Shown: positions 49,775 through 62,482 of the stretch, piece by piece
Layout of the letters: every line of letters begins with the position of its first letter
Position numbering within the stretch: position 1 is the stretch's first letter
DNA from: Tubulanus polymorphus
Lineage: Eukaryota > Animalia > Nemertea
DNA length: 64,000 nucleotides
NCBI RefSeq assembly: GCF_964204645.1
Contig: NC_134029.1
Location: forward strand, 11,558,850-11,622,849
Direction: 5' to 3'
Translations under genes and position numbers: made by a program
The notes under the pieces: generated by a model
Told to the model about the DNA's origin: nothing
What the model saw: only the letters and a program-made list of their open reading frames with translations
Databases searched by the model: none

Positions 49775-50486
49775 CAGTGTTCTCCATAAGGGGTTTTTTA
49801 GGGGCGGGCCGCCTCTTGAAAATTTGAAAACGTGAAAATCTACCCCTGTTATTTTTTGCCGCCCTTCTTTAAAGTCAAGCGCCCCTACAAAATAATTGAT
49901 CTACTTTGTGTCAATAGTTGAAACACTACCGGTACGTCAATAATTGTATAAATAGAGTGAAACAGACAAAGCTTCACATCATATTAACTTATTACATACG
50001 TCAATAATTGTAGAAACGGCTCACCGCGAAGCCATGTGGCACCGCTCAGGTAGTCCTACAAATACCTTGGGATTTCCCCGCATGCTCAAAATTTTAAAAA
50101 ATCAATGCACACGAAGGTCCCAGCACTCCAGCCTCAGCCACTGAATTAACGAAACCAGCGGCCTCAACTTTTCAAGTTTCAATGCCCGTAGATAAACTTT
50201 TATTATGATTACTGAAATATTTTTCAAAAATAAGGTTACCAAATGGAACTGAAATTAATGCTTGCTGAGCTTTACTGACAAATCTAAATTATATAAATGG
50301 AAGAATATCAAACTATTTTATGCATGTAAGACTACTAATCACCGGCAGGCAAGTGCTTCATGCAAACTGCGGACGATCACTTTATAGTCAAAGGATATGA
50401 AAATTACCGATTTTAAACTAGTTGATTATGATCCCAAATGCTGGCAAAATGCAGGTCCGGAGAATTTTATTACATGGAGAACACTG
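49775..50486. mobile_element. Non-autonomous TIR element, CAGTG termini, 5-bp TSD
   Basis: CAGTGTTCTCCAT / ATGGAGAACACTG; AACTG at 49770-49774 and 50487-50491. Confidence 0.8.
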
Positions 50487-50690
50487 AACTGGTATTTCAA
50501 GTCATTTTGATAGCCCTGATTTCTGTGGTACTGTGGTTAGGTCTGGGAGTTAAAATCCATTTGAGGGTGGAGGCTGTGGCCATGTGACTATTTTGCTATT
50601 TTTTCCTGGTCTGATAACTGATCGATTGAGAGTGTTAGGAGGAACATGATCCTCTATCATGCTATCTTTGGAGCAGCAAGCGCTTCGAGA

Positions 50691-51535
50691 TTTTTAGGCC
50701 AGCCTTAGGCTGACCCTATTACTACACAAAATATCTATACAAATAGAGCGAATTTAAATGACATGGTTTCCAGAGTAAAGGCTCTTTGACTGTGCAACTG
50801 AGCATATATTCATACAAATCATTCATTAGAGCATTATCCATTCTCCAACCCCTATGAATTTTGAAAGAGGGCCGCGTTAAAATTGATATGAGCTTTTTCG
50901 CGAAAATCTGATCGCAAAAATATCTGTTTTGAGAAGCCAATCAGAAAGCAAAGACTTCTTTTTGATTGGCTTAGCCGCAGAGATCAGCAGGTGTTCACGT
51001 GAACCTGCGGTATCATCTACCGTTTTACTTCCGGGTTTTATTTTAAGATCTAAAATTGTATTTCAATATCGATTTCTGTGAAATCATTTGTTGATTTGGT
51101 TTTTGGGAGGAATATTTTTATTTGCACTACAGAAAATATCATTGACAATTGTGCAAAGTCCAGGAAAAATAGCTTTTTCTCAAATCGGATGGATGCAAAA
51201 AAATATCAAATCCAATTCAATTTTACTGTAATGAACAAGGTGAAACAGCAATCCAATTCAATTTTGTTATATTGAGCAAATTTCAGAAAATTAAATTCTA
51301 TTCAGCATTCAAATCAATAATACCAAGGGAAAAGAGGTATTTGTTCCCGGCAGCTCCAGTCGCTGTCTGTGCTACTTATGAAAATACGATTGGATTGTGT
51401 AAATTATTAACCTGGGATTGACTAGTCTAGGAGCTGGGAGTGTATTTGGACATATTTTTAACCCACAGAATGCATCATTTTCCATTTTATGAAAAGCTGA
51501 CAGGCTGGCCATAGTGCCCCTTGGGGCTCTTGTTT
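50691..51535 (+). mobile_element. Helentron-type non-autonomous element, second copy of 34340-35235
   Basis: Collinear sequence with the same terminal motifs. Confidence 0.65.
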
Positions 51536-53564
51536 TATCTGAAGTGGATACAGACAAAGGTAGTTGTCCGAAACTGAGCAGCAGTCACAAGATTGAGAGG
51601 CTAGGTCGTTAGAAAACTATGGATCTCGTATCTTTCGTTTTTAGTTCACCTTTGTTAGCGATATTGAAGTTGGCATCGAGCCAATTACGTTAAATCGCGG
51701 TACGTTTTTTAATGTGAGCATTTGTTTCATTGGTTCTCGGCTTAGACGATGTATAATCGATGCAATCGAAGACATGGCGAACTTCCGTCGATGGCTTGGT
51801 CAACTTTCTACGAAAATTCTACGAAAAACTGTTTTTTGCGGGAAAATTCTTAGTTCTTGCGTATAAAATTGCAATGACCTAGATTGGGGGGTGTTGTCTC
51901 AACGAGCGAATGTGATTTGCTGTTCTTGGGATATACGGGGAATTCCGGCGCCACTAAAATAATTAGGGAAAGCCAATGGCGAACATTTCATTGGACTAGG
52001 TGCCATACGCTTGCGAATTACAAATGCTCATTGCTGGTGAGATAATTATTTCACATATCCGCCATAGGTATTGTTTCATTTTAATACCTGGTGATAGTTT
52101 TGATTGACATTGAAGTGTAAGCGATCACACCGCCTCCACGTGCGCGCTGAGTGCTAGTTGCACACACACGCTCGTACTACTACAGTATACACTACTATGT
52201 ATAATGATACTGTAATAACGCTGCTTGCTGGCGCGTGCACGTTTGGCATGAAAATAAGCTTTCATTTAAACTATTATAGCAGGAGATTAGTGCTGTGTTT
52301 TCTGTTTGATAGAATTTATAATAAATTGTAATTTCTTGTGACCTGAAAATACTTAGCTGCAAACTGTAGGTATAGGTCGAGGTCTGAATATTTTAGTGGT
52401 ATTAAAACGATCTGCTGACATACACCGATTTTTAATTACGGTACCCGCTTTGTTTCGTAGCTTCCGCAGCCATACATTGGAAATGATTGTCAAGACTATT
52501 TAGCCACCCTCTGATTTGTGATATCATATGAATTTTATTCAACTATTTTCCATTTTGTGAAAAATGTTTTTTCCAAATATAAAATAGTTTTCCTGCCTAC
52601 CTGTACCCTATGACATTTTGGACATGGACCGTAAACAAATGTATTTTTGGCCTTGATTTGACTACAAAATAATTATTTCAGAAAGATAAAATGAAATAAT
52701 AGAACTTCCAAATTAAAAAGATTATTCATAAGCAATGCCCCCTTGCCAAACAGGCTCCAGTTTTCAAGGTAAACCACACTTTGCCCATGGGCAATTTATT
52801 TAGTACAGTAGAATTTGCTTAATTCAGATCAAACGCGAAAAACGTCGGAAATTCTCTGCATTCTAGGCCTATAAGTTACTTTTGACCTATATTTGTGTTT
52901 CCGACATGAATACGGGAAATTCTCGGAATTTCTTGGAATTCCGGCACCTCTGATGTTATTAAGGGTAGCACAAAATGGTTAGCAATTCATTCAACATTCG
53001 TGCTGTGCTTAGTCCGCTTACAGTTTGTTTGTTTGTATGGATTATAATGGAGTCGGCTATCTAATTTAGTATCTCGAACTTAGTAAGTATGGCAATTTCT
53101 ATAGTCGTAGCTTGGATTTGTCATATCACTGTCTTATTTTGACTACAAAATACATTCCTGAAAAAGCAATAGACGATGGCGCCAGCCTTAGCCGGCGGCT
53201 ACAACGCCATTTTTGGAGAGGCAGTCGACAAACGTTTGGTGTCGTTTGTGATTACGTGAGAGTTAATTGGTTCCACACAGTTGTGTGCGCTTTTTCATTT
53301 GCTATTCGCACTCGCTAAAAATCTGCGGACCAAGCCCGCTGGTATGTAATCCATATCTAATGTGCGTACATACACACTGCAGTGCATGATAAAGTGTATA
53401 CACTGTGTATTCACGTATATACACACGCTGCACTACTGCGCTCTCCTAGGGAGTACTATAAATACTGTCATACGGTGTCTGTTCCAAAGAAGGAAGTTTT
53501 TAATTGAAATAGCTTTGTTGTTGTGAATAATCATTTGAACTATTTGTGTGGCAACTATGAATAA

Positions 53565-54995
53565 ATGTGCTCCTATTTAATTGATGCATTGAAACATGCC
53601 ATCATACACCCACTCCTCAAAAAACCTAGTCTAAACAGTGAGAGCCTGAAGAATTACAGACCTGTGTCAAATATACCATTCCTGTCCAAGGTTATTGAAA
53701 AGGTAATTGTTGATCGTATTGTAAATCATCTGACAATTAACAATCTTTATGAACCTTATCAGTCGGCATATAGGGCTGCCCACAGTACCGAGACAGCTCT
53801 TCTTAAGTTGTGCAATGATATATCTTGTGCAATTGATAAAGGCAATGTTGTATTTACAGTTATGCTAGACTTGTCAGCTGCTTTTGACACTATAGATCAT
53901 TCTGTGTTATTAAATCGCCTTCAGACAGATTTCGGTTTTAATGGTAATATTTTGAAACTCATATCATCCTATCTTAGTGGCAGAACACAAACTGTTGTGG
54001 TAAACGGCTCTAAATCGTCTAGCAAACCGTTACTCTGTGGTGTACCCCAAGGTTCAGTCCTGGGGCCTATACTTTTTACATTGTACACGCAGCCTATTGG
54101 TAAAATTATAAGGTCTTTTAATCATCCTTATCATATATATGCTGATGATGACCAGTTGTATAAGGTTGTTAATCCCAACGACATCAAGCAAGTGTATGAA
54201 GCTCTGTCTGTACTCAGTAATTCAGTCAGAGTATTCTTTAACTGGATGCATGTGAATAAACTTAAGGCTAATGGCGATAAAACTGACTTTGCTGTACTGA
54301 CGTCCCCTCAAGCTCGCAAGAAATTACCGATTGATATTGTTTTGCAAATTGATGATGATGAGATTCTACCTAGTAAAGTAATTAATAATCTAGGGGTGTT
54401 GTTTGACCAGGACATGTCGATGTCAGATGATATCAATAATGTGTGCCGCAAAGCAAATTATCATCTTTATTGCATTAGCAAAATTCGTAAACTTCTGGAT
54501 GACCAATCGTGTAAAAATGCTGTCAACTCTTTATTGTTTTCCAGGCTAGACTATGCAAACTCTCTGTTGGCTGGTACATCTGCGTCTAATATTAAAAAAC
54601 TGCAACTTGTAATGAATAATGCTGCTCGCCTAATTGCTAGGGCTAGAAAAAATGACCATATTACTCCCATTTTACGTGATTTGCACTGGCTGCCCATCTT
54701 AGATAGAGTAAATTTTAGAATGTTATTAATTGTCTATAAATGTCTTAATGGTACTGCTCCAGTGTACTTGCAGAGTCTTTTAACTAGGTATGTTCCAAGT
54801 CGACCTCTTAGATCTAGCAATGACCCAACAATTTTAGTTAAACTTAATAACAGTCGTGTTGCTGGACGTAAAGCTTTTACTTTCATGGCACCAACTTTAT
54901 GGAATGTCCTACCACAGGAAATTCGTGAAAGTCCAACTGTCTCATGTTTTAAATCACGTTTAAAAACTTTTTATTTTAGAAACCTGTACAATTAG
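53565..54995 (+). CDS. L2 ORF2 RT and C-terminus (no endonuclease)
   Basis: NYRPVSN, HSTETAL, LDLSAAFDTIDH, GVPQGSVLGP, YADD, LHWLP. Confidence 0.9.
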   Translation: MCSYLIDALKHAIIHPLLKKPSLNSESLKNYRPVSNIPFLSKVIEKVIVDRIVNHLTINNLYEPYQSAYRAAHSTETALLKLCNDISCAIDKGNVVFTVMLDLSAAFDTIDHSVLLNRLQTDFGFNGNILKLISSYLSGRTQTVVVNGSKSSSKPLLCGVPQGSVLGPILFTLYTQPIGKIIRSFNHPYHIYADDDQLYKVVNPNDIKQVYEALSVLSNSVRVFFNWMHVNKLKANGDKTDFAVLTSPQARKKLPIDIVLQIDDDEILPSKVINNLGVLFDQDMSMSDDINNVCRKANYHLYCISKIRKLLDDQSCKNAVNSLLFSRLDYANSLLAGTSASNIKKLQLVMNNAARLIARARKNDHITPILRDLHWLPILDRVNFRMLLIVYKCLNGTAPVYLQSLLTRYVPSRPLRSSNDPTILVKLNNSRVAGRKAFTFMAPTLWNVLPQEIRESPTVSCFKSRLKTFYFRNLYN

Positions 54996-55110
54996 TGTTT
55001 TAATCTGCTTCTGTCTTATATGTTTTAATAATGTGAAGTGCAATGATTATGTTTATAGAAATGCGCTTTATAAGTAAATAAATTATTATTATTATTATTA
55101 TTATTATTAT
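53580..55110 (+). mobile_element. 5'-truncated L2-clade LINE in the ATP10 intron
   Basis: RT ORF, short 3' UTR, AATAAA and (ATT)n tail at 55082-55110. Confidence 0.9.
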
Positions 55111-57678
55111 AATTTCGTTAGATACTTCGTCGATGGATACTTACCTTACCTTAAGATATTAGATAAGTCAATGTCTGGTAAAATCAAATTCTATGGCTGT
55201 TTCTTGACGTAAAAACCGTAACAATAATGTATATTTATGTGCTATACGTTATGATATCTGGGTAAGCAAAGGAGTGGAAGATGTCCACTTAGCTCCACAT
55301 ACACAAGATTTTTAGATCTTCTAAAATGGGAAATTTACCGTTTTAAAAACAGTTAATTGCCAAAAAAGTTTTGATATTTTCTGTGTCTTAACTTAAATTT
55401 TTGTTGATCTATTTTCAGAAAATATTCAGTTCGTAATATTGGAGCTGGACATTTTTCAGGGACCACAAAATTGTAGGGGAAACCCGTATGATAAAATATT
55501 CAACGTTTTCTTGCTCTAAAAAGATTTGATATGGCAATTTCAAAAAGATAGTCAATAAATTATGGTTTGCACCTTCTGATGAGTATTTGCTGTCTCATCA
55601 TCTTTCTGCTTTCAAGATGCCGTTTGAAACTGCAGCAATGATTGGATAAAGCATTGAACAAAATCTAAACCTTTAGGAAAATATTGCCACAATGATCAGG
55701 AGGAAAATGAGCTGGAAGGCCTAAAATGAGAATTTTGGAACTGTTTGATTGGCTTCCTGGATTTTTATGCTAAATACAAAGAATTGCAAAAACACAGCCA
55801 ATATCAAATTTGGTGTCATGGTTCCCAGAGCCCTTAAAGTTTTCTGGTCATATTTAAACCAAAACTAACAGCACGCAAGTTAAAGCTTTTGAAATGAATA
55901 CATGTATAATTGTACTTTCTTCTAGGTAGGCCTTCTAGAAAGGTAAACCACTCTGCCTGTAGGAAATTATTTGTATTTCTCATATCCTGCTTTCAATCAT
56001 AAACGGGTCTACATATGCTTGGAGTGTGTTCAGGTTATATACAGGCCTTTTACCTGATGTGGGGGCATCAGTCGTCTTCAGCGACTAGCTACTTTTTAGC
56101 GGCAGCTCAGCTGCCGACAGCCCCTGTCTATTGCAATGGCTTTGCACTAAAATAAAATGCTCTCAGCGAAATTTTGCTAAGCTGCTGTTAAAACAGCTGA
56201 GAGAAATTTACATTTCAAACACGCATTATCGTCTTTAACTAGTGTTCCTCTAAATTTTCCGACAAAAGTTTTGCCCCAAGTCGATAACATCGATTAATTA
56301 GCTGCGTTTGTGCAATTCTCAAAATCAGCAAAAATTGCAGTCTTTTCACTGCGAGCGGTTTTTATTCTGTAACATGGTGGTTTTATCCTGTAACATGTAC
56401 ATGTCAAATGTGTAAATGTAAATGTGATACATGTTGACAATGATCAAAGAACACGCATCTAACAGACACATTGGAAGCAAACAGTGGTTGGGTAGGCCCG
56501 ACCCTGATGATTGAAGGTGAAATTGCCCAGGTTCCGCATGTGAAAGTGAAAAAAATCGTCGATAGAGGAAATATTTTGGCGGCCTATTTTCTTCGCGTAT
56601 GAACCTCTGTGAAGTGTGTTAGAGAAAGGCTCCGCCACCAAGCGCGTCTGGGCTAAATATTCTTTAATACGCGCTGATTGGCTCATTTTAATTCCATACA
56701 CAGTGTATGTTATACCTAAATGAAATTCAGCAGCAGCGGTTTATGCTGTGCGGGGCATTTCTATTTGAGTCATTGGGAAAACATGCTACCACCTTTATAT
56801 TCATGATGAGTCAAGCAGCTGTGTGTGATTATTACGTGTGTATAATGCTGAGATCGTTTCATTTGACAGATTTTCATAAAGTTTACTCGGTTCAACTATT
56901 AACATGATTACTTTCTTAAATATTAATGCACGGACCCCCTGAACATGATGTGTTTCCATCACTTCTAATTACTATCTTTCCGAACGATGTCATGGAAATA
57001 ATCTGATAAAGACCTCTGTGGCAGATTCAGACGGGAACACGACACGCACGTGCTCCTGTCGCAATATATTTTCCTATGCCGTTTTGAAAATACCGGCAAT
57101 ATTTTTCAGGGAACTTTTTCCACCAGCAACTAATAAGATGTCTCAGTACCTGGAAATTGTATAAAATTGCTCTGAAATTTCATATTTTTAAACCCTTGTT
57201 TTGTCTGGATACAACTTGCCCTTTTCAATGTCCATTGATCTGTAGATCCGTTCCTAGATATGCCCTTCTAGCATATTTGAAATATGAAATTGACTGATGG
57301 ACAGGTCATGTATAATTGAAGCTGCCGCGTCACACCCCATGGGGCTCTTGTTTCGAGTTTTGGTTTACCATTGTTAGCAAGAGCCTAAGCAATGAGCCAG
57401 AGTCATAACAATTCAGACAGAGTTTGAAAAGACTGCGTTTCTATAGAATTCTGCTTACCATTTTGCCATTAAGTGTTTGATGTCTAGAACTAATCCCTCG
57501 TGTATTCTACCAAGAGCCAAAATTTGTTTGTTAGTAAAGTAATAAACTTTAGACTTCAGAATGAACTTATATTCACAATCTGAAAGTGTGACAGCAGTTC
57601 ATTTTCCTTGATGAAATTCACCTCTTGTGCCAATTTGCAATGTCAAAAATTCATGGTCTGAATATTGTTTATCTGCAG

Positions 57679-57883
57679 GAGTTCTGGTCGGTACGAAAGT
57701 ACAAAATGGAAGGATATATGTGCTGGTGATATAGTACATGTAACATGTAATGAAACAATTCCTGCCGATATTTTAGTTCTACATTCAAGTGACACATCTG
57801 GTATTTGCTATATCGAAACGGCAAATATTGATGGTGAAAATAATCTCAAACAACGTGAAGTCATACCAGGCATGCAACATAAG
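57679..57883 (+). CDS. ATP10: P4-ATPase exon, actuator domain
   Basis: WKDICAGDIV...IPADILVL...CYIETANIDGENNLKQR; CAG acceptor, AAG|GTGAGT donor; phase matches the previous exon. Confidence 0.9.
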
Positions 57884-58839
57884 GTGAGTATTCATCTAGT
57901 TTAGGGGATAGCAAGAATAGCATGAGATATTTCTCAAAAGCAAACATTTCTGAATTGTGAAGTGGATTGGGCCATTCTATTTGAAAAACCACACAATAGC
58001 AAAGGATAGCACAATAGTGATCCTATTTCCGTTTTGGTGCTGTTTCGAAAATATTGCATATCTGATTAGTTTTAACGATGCTACAAAATCCAGTAATGAA
58101 TCGTATCTGTTTAGAATTGTGAAGCTTGAGCAAAACGCAATTTTGTTGCCGATCACTTGTTTTTTCAGTGTGGAGTTCACTCATGATTTGTTTGGCAAAT
58201 TTCTTTTGAATTTCACCAGCAAAACACTAAGCAATTTTTTAGTGATTGAAAATTAGTTAAGTTCATGAAACCTATCAAATGTGGTGCCTAGGTAACAGCG
58301 CTGAGTGACAGAAAAGCTGGGAGAACAGCTAATAGATGTTGAATTATTAACTAACCTTTGATCACATGATTAAGATTCAAATCAATTGGCTTAAAGTTGT
58401 ATAAGTCAGCCTGATTGGGCACACTCAACCACAAGGCCCGAAGGATTCTGGTCCCTCCTTAATTGTCTGGAATGCACTGAAAAATGTTGATAGAAAATGT
58501 TTTTCCCATTTAAGAGAAATGAAGATTAAAAAGAAAAAATTGACGTTCTCTTAAAATTTTTAGCCCACATGGGACTTAAGTCCTAGCGGGCTATTGCGTT
58601 CATTCATTTTTCATCCGTCCATTTGTCTGTCTGTAGATTGAATTAGTTATTTTGAGAAGTTTTGAAGATTGAAGATGCATCTATGGATTGTCTTCATATT
58701 TGGTTTAAACATGTACCTACCCAAGTTACATCTTCAACCCAAAAATTGGCCTCATCAGAATCAAAATGGCTGACTGGCGGCCATTCTTGTTCGCCGAAAT
58801 TAGCACTTTTTATACATTTTTGAAGTTTTTGAGGGAAAT

Positions 58840-59076
58840 AAGATAAAAACCCACTATCTACAGTTTAAAAGAATTTTAAAAGGATTTTGTCCCCTGTTTT
58901 TTGTCTATATCTCACACCTGACAATGATCTTTAGGATGAGATCGAAGCGTCGTGTATTCTATATATTTTAGATTGTTCGAATAAATAACTTCTTGTTTTT
59001 AAATACTTTTAATCTGTAGATAGTGGGTTTTTATCTTATCATCCGTTCACCACGTTTGAGTGTGGTTATTGTTCTA
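58840..59076 (+). mobile_element. Penelope-like pLTR insertion with inverted 5' piece and 13-bp TSD
   Basis: TTTTGAGGGAAAT at 58827-58839 and 59077-59089; single copy at the homologous site near 41786; 58840-58881 inverted at about 58997-59038; hammerhead-like core. Confidence 0.7.
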
Positions 59077-59656
59077 TTTTGAGGGAAATTCTAAAGACTC
59101 TTCAATCAATTATCTTGATCTTTCACATATACTTGAATTACCCAAGGGCCCATCAGCATGACAAAAATTGAGTCAATCAAACTCAAGATGGCCATCCTGT
59201 GAGCTTTTTTGTGCCCAAAATTGCCCATTTTGGCCTGAATTCTGAGTCCTGTAGCTTCCTACTGGTTTGGCATTTTTCATTGAAATTGGTGATGGGAATT
59301 CTATGAATTCTCCTCGCATGGAATTGGAACCACCCAATTCTTTGTTCTTGCTGCCAGGGGGTCATATATTGAATGAAATACAATTTGTCTATTTATACCA
59401 GTGCCTATGCATATTTTGTAACCATAATCAATTGCAAAGTTGTTGCTCATGACATGTTCTATGATTGTGGTGTGGTTCTAGGTCATTAATCTTTGAATAT
59501 GGTCACCAGGGGCATTGAATAGTAGAATAACTTGGTATTATATTGGTACCTAGGCATATTTTGTTACCATAATCGATAGCAAAATTGTAGCTCACTACAT
59601 GTTCTATGATTGTGGTAAGTTTTAAGGTCATTGGGTTTTTCATATGGTCACCAGGG

Positions 59657-61911
59657 GGCAAATTTATTTTTCATAAGAGACCACCACATGCGCAGATCAT
59701 ATCTTTCACTAGACGTAAACAATAACAATGATAAACCCACGTGGTCTAGCATGGAATGAAAAGAGCCTCTACTTGAGAGAAAGAATCGCATTTCTTTGTA
59801 TAACAATTGTCAACTTTCTTTAGATTTAGTAGTGTTGGATTCACTGCATGATGCAAGCAGAGTAAGTGACTGAACTGAAAATCAATCAATGAATTGCCCA
59901 TCATTATCTTAAGAAAATAAAACCCAAGTTAGGAACGCCTGGCCTACCAATCCCTTCTGAGGTCAACCAAAATGATAATTTAAAAAAACGTCTAGTTTTA
60001 TGACAGTAAACGCCGAAAACATGGATATCTGTCAAAAACTCACAGCAGTAATAGTCTTCATGGAGGATTTAAAAGATTTTGAACAGAATTGCAGATTGTT
60101 CACTTTTCAGCAGTGAGATCTCGCAATAATCATATTCATTAGTTTTTCAGTGTGTTTAGTCGTCTTAGAAAATTGGAAGTTGATATTTCAAAAATGGGAT
60201 TCGAACATGCACGCAAGCTCGAATGCCGGCTAAGCAACTTTTTGGTTCACCTTTGTCAGCGATATGATGTTGGCACTGAGCCAATTCATGTAAAATCGCG
60301 GTACGTTTTTTTATGTGAGCATTTGTTTCATTGGTTCTCGGCTTAAATGACGTATAATCGATGCGATTGAAGACATGGCGAACCTCCGTCAGTGACGTGG
60401 TCAACTGAATTAAAATTCTACGAAAAACTGTTTTTGGCGGGAAAATTCTTAGCTCTCGCGTATAATATTGCAATGACCTCAATTGGGGGGCGTCAATGCT
60501 GTAACGCGTGCATGTTTGACATGAAAATAGGCTGAATAATCATAGCAGAAGACGAGCGCTGTGTTTTCTGTTCGATAGAATTTGTAATAAATTGTAATAA
60601 CTTGTAGTAACTAAGCAGCAAACGAATATGGTCTGTCGAGGTCTGAATATTGTAGTGGTAAATTCCAGGATTTAAAACGATCTAATAGCCGATTTCTTCT
60701 GTACCGGTATTTTAGCTTCCGCGGCCAACATTGGAAGAGGTTTCCAAGACTCAATATTCAGCCACCCTCTGATATGTGACATCATATGAATTTGAGGCCA
60801 TCCCAAAATAATGGTCTCTTTGCCGTAACCCGACCGACCCGACTTCAAAGGTATTGAGTGAAAACGTTTTTCTGGGATTCACTGAAATAAATTTTATTTT
60901 TGATAAAAAACGCCGACCGACCGACCGACCGACCCACTGCCGACGTATGAGCATTGTGTGAAAACATACCTTGACATGTGGCCTAGTTTAAGTTTTCCAG
61001 GAAACTGGCAGTGTTCCAATAAGCTGCCATTCATTCTCATAGTGACTATATTAAAGCTGGTAACGTAAAAGCGTGCACATATTCAATGTACTGTTTCATT
61101 TTTAACAGAGAGATGACGCTCTGGACGAAGTTATAATTTTAGAATAATTCTTCAAATCTACGCTATTAGACAAATTTCCCGTGCACAACGTAGATGATTT
61201 TTTTGCGATATTGTTTCCATGTAGAAAAGCCCAAACATGAAAAATTTGTCTTTTTTTAACCCAAAAATTTTGCAAAAAAAAAATTTCTACCTACCTACCG
61301 ACTGATCCTGAAAAGTTGAGTTGGTGTTACGGCAAACAGACAATTATTTTGGGATGGCCTTATTTGAATATTTTTTCATATTGTGAAACATATTTTTTTT
61401 GAAAATGTAAAATGATTTTCCTGCCGCGCCTACCTGTACCCTACAAAATTTTGGACGTGGACCGTTGAAAAATGTATATCTTTGGTCTTATTTGACTACA
61501 AAATGATTCTTTAAGAAAGATAAAATACAGTATAAACTTGTGTAACTTTGAAGTCACGAAATCAAAAAGATTTTTCAAGCAATGCCCATATTCCAAACAA
61601 CCTCTAGCTTTCAAGGTAAACCACACTTTGCCCATGGGCAATTTATTTCTATATTTACATTTATTACATCTACATTTGTACCTATTGTTTTCCCAATAAA
61701 ACCCTAATCCTAAGCCAAAGTCTACTCTTAACCTAACTTGACCCTTTGTACCCTGTTGACCTATACCCTTAGGCTCTGGACTCTCTGTAGATACAGTAAC
61801 TACTATTTAAGAAGCCGCCATTTTAAATTGACAATCAAGATTGGGATCATCCAATAGCCGTGGTTTTCATTACTGCGCATGCACAGGCCTCTTGTGAAAA
61901 ATTAATTCGCC
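59657..61911. mobile_element. TIR element nested in the Helentron-type element
   Basis: GCAAATTTATTTTTCATAAGAG / CTCTTGTGAAAAATTAATTCGC; flanks CACCAGGG / CACTAGGG. Confidence 0.55.
60796..61359. mobile_element. Harbinger-type MITE
   Basis: GGCCATCCCAAAATAAT / ATTATTTTGGGATGGCC, flanks TGA / TTA; interrupts the repeat seen intact near 38065. Confidence 0.7.
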
Positions 61912-62399
61912 ACTAGGGCGCCATGAATGGTAGAATAACTTAGTTTTTCCATATTATATTGGTACATTGGCATATTTTGCTATCATAATCAATTGCAAAA
62001 TTGTAGCTCGTGACATTTTTTATAATTGTGGTGAGTTTCATGGTCATTGGTGTGTGTATATGCTCACCAGGGGGCATTGAATATTGAAATTGTTAGATCG
62101 TTGAGCATTTAAAACCACTCTCCCAGTAGGTATGGTGTCCCTGAACCTACCTACCGATCCCTATCTACCTACCCTACTAAATATTGGACATAAACCATTA
62201 ACAAACATATAATTTTTTGCTACATAATGTTTTGAAAAAGATAAAATGCAACATAGAATAGAACTTGAACGCTCAAAACTTTCAAGAGGAATCATGCCCT
62301 TGGCAAACGAGCTCCTGTTTTCAAGGTGAACCATGGGCAATTTATTTTCTGTCTATCCTAAACATCCGTGCAAATGCTTCTCCGGTATTTCTATTACAG

Positions 62400-62482
62400 C
62401 ATGTATTGAACCCGCTGGAATTTCGATCAGTGATAGAGGTGGAGGTTCCAAACACCCGAATATACCATTTTAATGGCTCCAT
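62400..62482 (+). CDS. ATP10: P4-ATPase exon, actuator domain continued
   Basis: HVLNPLEFRSVIEVEVPNTRIYHFNGS; TACAG acceptor in phase 0, AT|GTAAG donor. Confidence 0.8.

Larger units (their letters stand above)
58556..62146 (+). mobile_element. Helentron-type element (same family as 41661-42795) split by nested insertions
   Basis: TTTTTAGCCCACATGGGACT start, CTGT microsatellite, about 154-bp units resuming at 61912, matching 3' end. Confidence 0.7.
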
